Shown one piece after another: positions 53,903 through 64,000 of a stretch of 64,000 nucleotides of DNA; the stretch's first letter is position 1, and each line of letters begins with the position of its first letter. The translations under genes and the position numbers were made by a program. Under the pieces are notes generated by a model. The model did no database searches. It saw only the letters and a program-made list of their open reading frames with translations, and was not told the origin of the DNA. Source of the stretch: Octopus sinensis (taxonomy: Eukaryota); assembly GCF_006345805.1 (NCBI RefSeq), contig NC_042999.1:59210001-59274000 (forward strand), read 5' to 3'.

Positions 53903-54059
53903 TATATATATGAAGCAATAAAGATTCAAGTTAATTTAAATGAATTTACTTGAATATGGTACCTAACTTAGATGCACCAAAAAAAAAACTATACTGTTTT
54001 AACAATACAGTAATGTGGGGTGATTATAAGCGAGAAAGAAGCAACAAGAATGGATAGGT

Positions 54060-54150
54060 TTTTAGTACAATCGTTTCATACAAGGACAGGCTTTATTAAA
54101 AGTTGTAAAAATTACAGCATATAAACGTGTCCCGTACTCATCAGCTAAAA
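54060..54150 (-). ncRNA. Type I hammerhead ribozyme (left-arm copy)
   Basis: Reverse complement of 54879-54969. Confidence 0.8.
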
Positions 54151-54878
54151 TACATGTGAGTTCTCTAGACATCCTAGTGGTTGAGGCTATACTCATGAAG
54201 TAATGTAGATAATTAAGTAACATAAACAGATTTCCAAAGTTCATTAAAGTTCTTTAAAGATGATGTACAGTCTTATCACAGAATTTAAAAAAAGTTCTAA
54301 TAGCATCACAGAGAAGGTGACCTAATCCATAGAGCACATATGAATTTCCAGAGATATGATGAGGGATTACATACTCACAGAAGACAAATTTATCCATTGT
54401 TAATCACAACGAGGTGGGTCTCAATTCCTGCTTATTAGCATTACAGAGAGGGTGAATTAATCCTTTGTATAGATGCACAATTTCCAATGGTGTAGATGTA
54501 AGTTTCCAGAGAAATGAAGAGGAATTTCATATTCACAGGCGATAAATTTATCAATGGTTGAACACAATGAGGTAGGTATCAATTCTTGTTATATGATTAG
54601 GTATTTGCCACATTAATCACATTACTGCTATTTACAAGAGGCTGTAGCTATTTTCAAGTATGTAGCTATTTAGCTGTAGCTATTTTCATATGTGCTCTAT
54701 GGATTAGGTCACCTTCTCTGTGATGCTATTAGAACTTTTTTAAAATTCTGTGATAAGACTGTACATCATCTTTAAAGAACTTTAATGAACTTTGGAAATC
54801 TGTTTATGTTACTTAATTATCTACATTACTTCATGAGTATAGCCTCAACCACTAGGATGTCTAGAGAACTCACATGTA

Positions 54879-54969
54879 TTTTAGCTGATGAGTACGGGAC
54901 ACGTTTATATGCTGTAATTTTTACAACTTTTAATAAAGCCTGTCCTTGTATGAAACGATTGTACTAAAA
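54879..54969 (+). ncRNA. Type I hammerhead ribozyme (right-arm copy)
   Basis: TTTTAG-CTGATGA-GTACGGGACA(long loop)TGTCCTTGTAT-GAAA-CGATTG-TA-CTAAAA; 6-bp stem I, about 10-bp stem II, GUA site at 54963. Confidence 0.8.
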
Positions 54970-54999
54970 ACCTATCCATTCTTGTTGCTTCTCTCTGGC

Positions 55000-55095
<96 letters not shown>

Positions 55096-55472
55096 GATAA
55101 CAAAGGTTGAAATTAATTAATTAAAAGTAATCAGTAATTTCACCACGTAGAATTCGGCATGGAAAGGACCATTTCGTGGTAAGCTTAAGTAATACTTTAT
55201 AAACCCTATTTATGAAACCTATTTATAAAGTATATATATATATATACGTTGATAAAAGCATACATAAACGTAGCTATTTAGGACACATGCATACATAAAA
55301 GGTAAATGCATTTTTGGTTATGTAAACATAATATGTACAGTTATATAAATGAATGTTTCGAATCTATGCATGCTTTGTATAAATACACGCACACACACAC
55401 AAAGATACATCACACATACACACGTATATAAATGCTTACAAATATACAGATTTGAATATATATACATATATA

Positions 55473-55514
<42 letters not shown>

Positions 55515-55566
55515 AGTGAATGGAATAAATGGAGTTGAACGAAGATTGTACAGAATACCTTTTATT

Positions 55567-55652
55567 ACATTCTACACATGTTTCGAAGGCCACAAATTTC
55601 CAAATTCTGTTTAAATAAGGGTACCATATTGCGGCTTTCTCTTCAGGAGCAT
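55567..55652 (-). ncRNA. Type I hammerhead motif (left-arm copy)
   Basis: Minus strand ATGCTC-CTGAAGA-GAAAGCCGCAA...TTGTGGCCTTC-GAAA-CATGTG-TA-GAATGT; stem I imperfect. Confidence 0.65.
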
Positions 55653-55713
55653 CTTCGTTTGAATTGCTGTGCCTCTGTTATGTTTTGTCCTGTCAACGGA
55701 ATTCCTGTTTTTT

Positions 55714-55793
55714 TTCCTGAAGAGAAAGCCGCAATATGGTACCCTTATTTAAACAGAATTTGGAAATTTGTGGCCTTCGAAACATGTGTAGAA
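55714..55793 (+). ncRNA. Type I hammerhead motif (right-arm copy)
   Basis: TTC-CTGAAGA-GAAAGCCGCAA(loop)TTGTGGCCTTC-GAAA-CATGTG-TA-GAA; stem I only 3 bp. Confidence 0.65.
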
Positions 55794-56038
55794 TGTAATA
55801 AAAGGTATTCTGTACAATCTTCGTTCAACTCCATTTATTCCATTCACTAATAATATTAAACTTCAATTATCCGCTCCAACGCACGGTTGCAACACCAAAT
55901 GGTCTTATCTCCAACCGTGCTGTTTTCCGCTGTGATTTTTGCTACCCAGGTATCGGTTAAACCTTTGAATAATCTGTTACAAGAAAATTCATCTTTCTAT
56001 TTCAACAAATATATATATATATATATATATTATATATT

Positions 56039-56096
<58 letters not shown>

Positions 56097-56475
56097 GAAT
56101 TAAGAAATAGAGTTAAATGCAGGTGTTATTCAAATCTTTATACTTCCGACATATGTTTCGAAGAAAACATTGGTATTATTCCTAAGGGAATAAGATGATA
56201 TAAAACAATTCGTTTAAAATGGCTTATTCATGTGTTTTGTTTCTCTTTTTTCTCTGACGTAATGATTACATTGTTTTACATCATTTTATTCCCTGAGGCA
56301 TAATACCAATGTTTTCTTCGAAACATATAACGGAAGTATAAAGATTTGAATAACACCTGCGTTTTAATCCATTTCTTAATTTATCTATGTTAATCAAAAA
56401 CATTTCACTCAACCCTGGAATATCTACCTTTACAAGTAGGCTGTAACATCCTTGGCATTTATAGGAATTTCTGCT
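56097..56475 (+). mobile_element. Older fold-back element with 112-bp inverted arms and decayed hammerhead
   Basis: Arms 56098-56209 / 56270-56381 with about a dozen mismatches; arm consensus TTCC-CTGAGGA-...-GAAA-CATATG-TC-GGAA. Confidence 0.7.

Positions 56476-56476
<1 letters not shown>

Positions 56477-56558
<82 letters not shown>
56477..56558. repeat. (GATA)n microsatellite
   Basis: Directly visible. Confidence 0.95.
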
Positions 56559-57191
56559 CAAAATCTGGAGTTATGAGAGCTGATGCGAGTCGGTTACATC
56601 AATCACAGTGCTTAACTTTAATAACCTCCGAAAAGATGAAAAGTAAAGTTGACCTCGGCGGTGTTTGACTTCAGAACGTAAAACCGGAAGTAATGTCGCT
56701 AAATATTTTTTGCCCGGCGTGCTAATGATTCTGTTGCACAACGTAAAGATTCTGGCAACTTACCATCGTAGATATTGATAACATAATGTTATGAGAGTGA
56801 AGTGACAATTGCAACCGTGCTACAGACTCGGTTTCGAGAATCTTACCTGCTTTCATATGCTCAGTCGTATTGTGTTGTTATATTAGTCCATTGCAGTTCA
56901 CATGTTTATCATAAAGTGTGTCCTTTCTTTGAGGAAACTTTTGTCAAAGACAGTTCACATCTTGTATTTGTTTTCAGAAAAAAATATATCCAGTGTAACT
57001 TTACTATTTTAATTGGCTTGCACATTTGTAGTCCTCTGCATTACGATGGAATCAGTGTGTTCTCTCTATCAACCACGGTCTGATGCGTAGGACCTGAGCT
57101 TGAGCTTGAGATCACATTGGTTTCATGAGCCTACTCTGCTACATTGTTTCGACACGGATTGGCAGAGGAATGCAGCTTTTATATTCATTCA

Positions 57192-57625
57192 GTCGCAGGA
57201 GTGGCTGTGTGGTAAGTAGCTTGTTTACCAACCACATTGTCCCGGGTTCAGTCCCACTGTGTGGCACCTTGGGCAAGTGTCTTCTACTATAGCCTCGGGC
57301 TGACCAAAGCCTTGTGAGTGGATTTGGTAGACGGAAACTGAAAAGAAGCCCGTCGTATATATGTATATATATTTATATATATAAATGCGTGTGTGTGTTT
57401 GTGTGTCTGTGTTTGTCCCTCTAGCATTGCTTGACAACCGATGCTGGTGTGTTTATGTCCCTGTTACTTAGCGGTTCAGCAAAAAAGACTGATAGAATAA
57501 GTACTGGGTTTACAAAAGAATAAGTCCCGGGGTCGAGTTGCTCGATTAAAGGCGGTGCTCCAGCATGGCCGCAGTCAAATGACTGAAACAAGTAAAAGAG
57601 TAAAAAAAAATAAAAAAAGAGTATT
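57192..57625 (+). mobile_element. SINE family A, full length
   Basis: Matches 3684-4083 and 21895-22300. Confidence 0.9.
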
Positions 57626-58534
57626 ATCAAGGAGGAGTGAAGTCGGTTACATTGAACCTAGTGCTCAGCTAGTACTTATTTTACCAACTCTCCACTGTCA
57701 ATAAAATAAGTACGAGCGGAATTTGCAGTCAGAACCTAAGGACGGACGAAATACCGCTAAGAATTTCGGCGTTTTAACGATTTTGCCACTCCACCGCCTT
57801 CCCGTTTTTGTGATACGCAGGTTATTTATTTAAAGAATATTTTATTTGTATTTCCAGCTGATTGACCCATATTGTAGAGATCCAGAAGGAAGAATCCCTT
57901 TACCGCAGGCCAGTTTTTACTTGCATTCAACAATAAATCCGTTCGCTTTAAAAACTCATGTGAATAAAGCTTTTTAAGCATTAAAACTAAAATAGCAAGT
58001 TTGATAATAAATTGCCGATATATGAATTTGTAAACTAAACATTTGAGAAGTTCCAATGCAGGAAAATCTGGGCCCTTAAGTTACCATGTAACTGCTACCA
58101 GTTAACATTAAAAATAGTTAAAATAAAATTTACTCAATTTTCTAAGAACAGATGCAGCCACACCATTTATTTCCCAATAATAAACAACTAAAATAAAAAT
58201 GAAATTTAATTTCTGGTGGCTTAGCAAAAGGTTCTCTGTGAACAAAAGAGATTTGCTAATGATTTCTTTCGGAATCCAATCTCTTGTACAGAAGGTTTTT
58301 AAATTCCGTTCTGTTTCAGGGGCTTCAATAAGCTTCAGTTCTACCATCTCGGTTCATATAATATTCGGTAAATTCAAAGCGATACAAACGATGAATTGCT
58401 GCATAGGAGGCTGGAACTAAGAACCACAAGATTACGAAGTGAACTTCTCAAATACACAGCTTTGTTTGCGCCTTCATATTTGCCTATGAATCTTTCTAGA
58501 ATAGAGTGGTACTAAAGAAAATTCTCCCCCATGG

Positions 58535-59620
58535 ATATTTATTTGTTTATTGCCCACAAGGGGCTGAACATAGAGGGGACAAACAAGGACAGACAACGGG
58601 ATTAAGCCGCTTACATCGACCCCAGTGCGTAATTGGTACTTATTTAATCGACCCCGAAAGAATGAAAGGCAAAGTCGACCTCGGCGGTAAAGACAGACCA
58701 AATACCTATTTCTTTACTACCCACAAGAGGTTAAACACAGAGAGGACAAAGAAGGATATACAAACGGATTAAGTCGATTATATCGACCCAAGTGCGTAAC
58801 TGGTACTTATTTAATCGACCCTGAAAGGATGAAATGTAAAGTCGACCTCGGCGGAATTTGAACTCAGAACGTAGCAGCAGACGAAATACGGAGACGCAAT
58901 TCGCCCGGTGTGCAAATGATTCTGCCATCTCACCCCCATGGATATTGGCAATCTCTTATGGACTTGGATGTAGCTTAGCCACAAACTAAGAGACAACCCT
59001 TTTCTACTCTAGGCACAAGGCCCGAAATATTGGGGGAGGGGGCCAGTCGATTAGATCGACCTCAGTACGCAAATGGTACGCAAATTTATCGACCCCAAAA
59101 GGATGAAAGGAAAAGTTGTCCTCGGCCGAATTTTAACTCAGAAGGTAAAGACAGACGAAATACTATTTCTTTATTGCCCACAAAGGGCTAAACATAGAGG
59201 GGGAAAACTGGGACAGACAAACGGATTAAGTCGATTACATCGACTCCAGTGCGTAACTGGTACTTAATTTATCAAACCCGAAAGGATGAAAGGCAAAGTC
59301 GACCTCGGCGGAATTTGAACTCAGAACGTAACGGCAGACGAAATACGGCTACGCATTTCGCCCGGCGTGCTAACGTTTCTGCCAGCTCGCCGCCTTAATT
59401 AAAAGACAATCCTAAGGCGACGAGCTGGCAAAGTGGTGAGCATGGGCGAAATACTCAGCGGCATTTTATCCGTCTTTAGATTCCGAGTTCAAATTCTCCC
59501 GAAGTCGATTTTGCCTTGCATCCTCTTCGGGGTCGATAAAATAGGAACAAGTCAAGCACTGGGGTCGATGCAGTCGAGTTATCCCCTTCATCACACTTGC
59601 TGGCCTTGTGTCAAAATTTA
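58535..59620. mobile_element. Cluster of family B SINEs (four or more on minus, one on plus)
   Basis: Repeated CCCACAAG...AACAAGGACAGACA..CGGATTAAG...AAAGTCGACCTCGGCGG units at about 58545, 58705, 59030 and 59165; plus-strand copy 59415-59620. Confidence 0.9.
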
Positions 59621-60044
59621 AGATCAAATTGAAAGACAATTCTACCACGGAGACTGGCCTTTATAACACTGATAATTAGGTAGCTACATAATATCAAACA
59701 ACTACTGCAAATCCAATGAAGTATGCACAAATATTTGTGTTATATATTACTGGGAGTGCGCGTCTACCTTGTTCTAGTTTTTTTTTATCGCTTGTTATCC
59801 GGTAATGGTGTGTTTACGTCACCGCAAAATCACAGTCCGTCACCAACCAAAAAAAAAAAAAAACAAAGAGAAAAGAGAGAACCGGTACATTAATCGTAAT
59901 TATAACAAAGTACTTAGATCCATTTGCTCAACATAAGCCCTCTAAGTAGTGCCCCAGCATGGTCGCAGTCCAAAGGCAGTAACCAATAAGAGAGTAAAGA
60001 AGTAAATTAAGGAATATTGTATGACATACTTAAGACTGCAATAT

Positions 60045-60169
60045 ATTTCTCTATATTTCTTACTTAATTTTAAAATGTTCATAATATACTGTATTGGTCT
60101 CTGTTCTTTCGCCCTGTATGTACCAAATGATCTCTCGAAGGTTCAGTAGTTAGAATATTCGGCTCACAC
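60045..60169 (+). repeat. ~125-bp direct repeat, copy 1
   Basis: Near-identical to 61282-61406. Confidence 0.9.
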
Positions 60170-60593
60170 CAACACACACACACACACACACACACTGTGA
60201 TTTGAGGTACAAGATTTCGCTTGTATTTCTATCGGATCGAGCGACTACGTTGAGGTTCTTCATCAGCATGCATATCCTGCGGTGAAATATGCGAACACAA
60301 TTCACATCGACACGATGCGAAAGATATAAAACGCATTTTATATTGCTTTTGTACATTTTATATATATTTTCCTAGATTTTACATGTGTCCTACAGATAAG
60401 TCTCTCTTTTTTTTTCTATGTTCTTGTATTTACATCTTGAAGCATTATTTATTTTCCTTTGCCTTCGACTTTCAAATCCTTCTCATCACATTCAAATGTC
60501 AAACGTGATTCCTCATGACGAACGAAATAACAGTTCTTGTCACTATCACGTCTTCTATCTGAGCTTTTAAAACCACATACATACATACATACA

Positions 60594-60668
<75 letters not shown>

Positions 60669-60704
60669 GTATATATATATTATATATATATATAATATAT
60701 GTAT

Positions 60705-60757
<53 letters not shown>

Positions 60758-60808
60758 CATACATATATTATATATATATATTATATATATATACACACAT
60801 ATATATAT

Positions 60809-60846
<38 letters not shown>

Positions 60847-60881
60847 TTTATATATTTATATATATATGTACATGTCACATG

Positions 60882-60929
<48 letters not shown>

Positions 60930-61281
60930 TACACATACACGCACACATCTATGTGCGTGTGCGGTGTGTGCGGATGCATGTATGTAAGTGTTAATATTTA
61001 TAATTTTATATATGACATTAATCTCATTTTTGACTAATTTTGGTATGTTTTTTTTCTTCAATATTTTGTCTTCCATTTTATTAAAACTTCATTCATTCAA
61101 TGTTTCTTTTTTGTCTGCACCTATTCGTTTTCTTTCTATCTTTCTTTACTTCTTTCTTTCTTTTATCCTCTTTCTTTTTCCTTCTATTCCTTTCGTTATT
61201 TCACTTTTCTTCTCTTCTCACAAGCTTATCTCCTCCTTTCGTTTCGCTTGTTCTTATCTTGGTTTCTCTCCTTCATTCTTT

Positions 61282-61405
61282 ATTTCTCTATATTTCTTAC
61301 TTAATTTTAAAATGTTCATAATATTCTATATTGGTCTCTGTTCTTTCGCCCTGTATCTACCAAATGATCTCTCGAAGGTTCAGTAGTTAGAATATTCGGT
61401 TCACA

Positions 61406-61406
<1 letters not shown>
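61282..61406 (+). repeat. ~125-bp direct repeat, copy 2
   Basis: Near-identical to 60045-60169; both are followed by (CA)n. Confidence 0.9.
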
Positions 61407-61463
<57 letters not shown>

Positions 61464-61624
61464 ACACACACACACACACACAAACACAATACACACATGT
61501 ATATACATTCAGTCGATCAACCGCCTACAAGAAGAGATTAAACCGTGAACGTATTCAGTTGCATATCTGAAACAGCTGTAAGCGTGTAATAAATAAAGGG
61601 ATATAACCCATGATTTCTCTGTGT

Positions 61625-61782
61625 GTTTCATTTGACTGCCGCCATGCTGGAGCTCCGCCCTTAGCTGAACAAATCGAACCTAGGACTTATTCTTTGTAAG
61701 CCTAGTACTTATTCTATCAATGTTTTTTTGCCGAACCGCTAGCTAACGGTTCTCAAGCGATGGTGGGGCAACAAACACAGAT

Positions 61783-61785
<3 letters not shown>
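61625..61785 (-). mobile_element. SINE family A 3' fragment
   Basis: Reverse complement of the family A tail (CATTTGACTGC.GCCATGCTGGAGC...GCCGAACCGCTA). Confidence 0.75.
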
Positions 61786-61821
<36 letters not shown>

Positions 61822-61864
61822 ACACACACACATACACACATACACACATATATGTATATGTGTA

Positions 61865-61903
<39 letters not shown>

Positions 61904-61959
61904 GTACTAACAGCAAATATTAATGATGTTCCCACATCAACTCACACAGATGATTTTTA

Positions 61960-62605
61960 TTCAGCTGTGAAGTCTCTTCTAGGACCAACTACCATTTTCG
62001 GAAGGATCGTGATACCGGTTTATTGGATAACAGAAGTAGACGCACTGAGAGAAGCTCGTTTCAGAATGAGTTGAGCGGATGATAATTAAAATGGTCAGCA
62101 ATGACCCTCAGATAACAACTGCAGTGTCCAAAGCCAATTTAACAGCTATCAGAGTTTATGTTTCAAGGTCGAAAATTACTCTGACCCTCAACTGAATGCG
62201 TATCCGTTGACAAGATGCAATTGTTGAAAAAACAATTAACTGCATGTTTAAAGTTTTGCGAGAGACTTTCTGAAGAGGCATAGATGATTTGGCACACTGT
62301 TCTGTGGTCTGACGAAACCAAACTCGAGTGATTCAGTCACAACGATAGGACCACCGCTTCGAGGAAAAGACGAGAAGCTATCAATCTGAAGAATGCCATC
62401 CCCACCATCGAACATGGCAGAGGTAGCATAATGAGGTGGAGCTCTTTTTCTTCCAAAGGCAGTGACTGGTAAATTCCAGTCGAAAGAACGATAAAATAAG
62501 GGAATTATCTCGATGTTCTGAATGAAAATCTGAAGTCATTAGCGAAGCAACAGGAATTAGGATGCTGTTATATCTTCATACAAGGCAATGATGCCAACAA
62601 TACCC
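61960..62605 (+). mobile_element. Tc1 transposase remnant
   Basis: Encodes WHTVLWSDETKLE, PTIEHGRGSIMRW and FIQGND. Confidence 0.8.
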
Positions 62606-62624
62606 CACTTTTAATCTCTTTTAA

Positions 62625-62719
62625 TCGTTCTCTTTTGCCAAACCGCTAAGTTACGGGACGTAATCACACCAACATCAGTTCTCAAGCAATAGTTGGGGGA
62701 ACGGACAAGCACAGACACA

Positions 62720-62768
<49 letters not shown>

Positions 62769-62910
62769 CGATGGGCTCCTTTCAGTTCCCGTCTACAAAA
62801 TCCACTCACTTTGGTCGGTCCGAGGCTATAGTAGAACACACTTGCCCGAGGTGCCACGCAGCGGGACTGAACCCGGAAGCGTATATCCTTGGTAAGCAAA
62901 CTACTTACCT
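62625..62910 (-). mobile_element. SINE family A, partial
   Basis: Reverse complement of the family A head and CORE-like segment. Confidence 0.85.
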
Positions 62911-62972
62911 CACATACATACATACATACAAACATACACATATATTTATAGAGGGATAGATAGATAGATAGA

Positions 62973-63656
62973 TATGTTTCTTTATTAGCCACACAGGGCT
63001 GCACACAGATAGAACAAATTACAAGGTAGAGCTTTTCTTTTGAAGGTTTAAAAAAAAAAAAAAATAATAATAATAATAAAATAAAAAATAAAATAAAATA
63101 AAAAAGGGGGGGTCGATCAAAAGGGATCGTAAAAGGAGAGAAAGAGGACAAAAAAAGGGGGGGGGGTTAAAAAAAAAAAGGGGGAGAGGAAAAAAAATTT
63201 GATCAATAGGGATCGTTATCACAGAAATGTCAATATGAAGTGTAAAGGGGAGGACAGGTGAGGTTTACCCGTGGAAAGAAAAGCCTACGGAAAAGACCAC
63301 GGTAACCTCGGTCAATGAAGTCACATGTTATATTTCTTTTTTTTTTTTGCAAATAAGCAACTCTCTGTATTAATTTTTACGGTTCATAGAATCATAGTCA
63401 AGGTGGCTTCGTCATTCATACGTGCCATCCTTGCTACATTCACCCATCTTTTTTTAAAACATTCACTAGACAAAACTTGCCTCTCTACTCTCACTTTTTT
63501 CTTCAAGTGATACTTGAAGAAGTTGATGAGAGATTGACCAGAGAGGAAAGTGTTTGTCTCTAATCCTTTCAGACGCGTCCACCAGATACATTCTTTTGCC
63601 ATAGCCACAAGTATGATAAAAATAGCTCTTCCTTCCCGTTTGAAGGAAGGAGGCGT

Positions 63657-63657
<1 letters not shown>
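62973..63657 (-). mobile_element. 3' end of an L1/Tx1-like LINE inserted in (GATA)n
   Basis: ORF 63384-63608(-) AKECIWWTR...RW resembles L1/Tx1 ORF2 C-termini; pyrimidine-rich 3' UTR ending in AATAAAGAAA; (GATA)n on both sides. Confidence 0.55.

Positions 63658-63747
<90 letters not shown>
63657..63747. repeat. (GATA)n microsatellite
   Basis: Directly visible. Confidence 0.95.
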
Positions 63748-64000
63748 GGACCAGTAAATCGATACCTCTTGCATCGTATACATATTCCATCTCTCTTGTT
63801 ATCCTTCCTTTATACTGCATAACAATTGTCCGTGGTTCTTTGCATTTTCTTTTCACATCTGTCCTAATCCCTTCCTTGCAGTCCTGACCTTCAGTTCATT
63901 TCCCCTATTCTTCTTTCCTTTGTTGATTTCTTTCTACTACTTGTATATTGTTTATTACATTCAGCCTTTCCAGTTCTTTCTTTCTGTATTCTTCGTTATG

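Larger units (their letters stand above)
53912..55000. mobile_element. Fold-back element with 308-bp inverted arms, each carrying a hammerhead
   Basis: Arms 54037-54344 / 54685-54992 (identical 60-aa ORFs on opposite strands in the track confirm the symmetry); (TA)n on both sides. Confidence 0.9.
55507..56008 (+). mobile_element. Fold-back element with apparently perfect 142-bp inverted arms and hammerhead motifs
   Basis: Arms 55507-55648 / 55715-55856; unique extension to about 56008; (TA)n on both sides. Confidence 0.85.

Noticed and set aside
54062-54967. Two identical 60-aa ORFs on opposite strands as duplicated genes
   Set aside because: A by-product of the inverted repeat; no protein-like features.

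Overview
This is very AT-rich, microsatellite-saturated eukaryotic DNA with no recognisable host protein-coding gene. The SINE families and (TA)n/(GATA)n load look like an octopus (coleoid cephalopod) intron or intergenic region; this is inferred from pattern recognition, not a database search. Almost all ORFs in the track are microsatellite artefacts. The window holds three abundant tRNA-derived SINE families, Tc1/mariner/maT remnants and MITEs, R4/Dong-, RTE-, CR1- and L1/Tx1-like LINE fragments, two non-autonomous Helitron-like elements and decayed Penelope-like sequence. The main signal is a set of largely unrelated short (0.2-1.1 kb) non-coding elements sitting in or against (TA)n tracts that carry minimal type-I hammerhead ribozyme motifs (stem I - CUGANGA - stem II - GAAA - short, near-palindromic stem III - UH - stem I). 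They occur in two architectures: (i) terminally redundant 1.2-1.5-mer units of about 350 and about 490 nt, as expected for retrozyme-like circular RNAs or Penelope pLTRs; (ii) fold-back elements with 40-310 bp inverted arms, several with a ribozyme on both strands. One family has a compensatory U3:A8 core (UUGAAAA). A single Tc1 element (38797-47286) appears split by about 7.2 kb of nested insertions that include four of these ribozyme-type elements. All ribozyme calls are manual motif and pairing reads; activity is untested.
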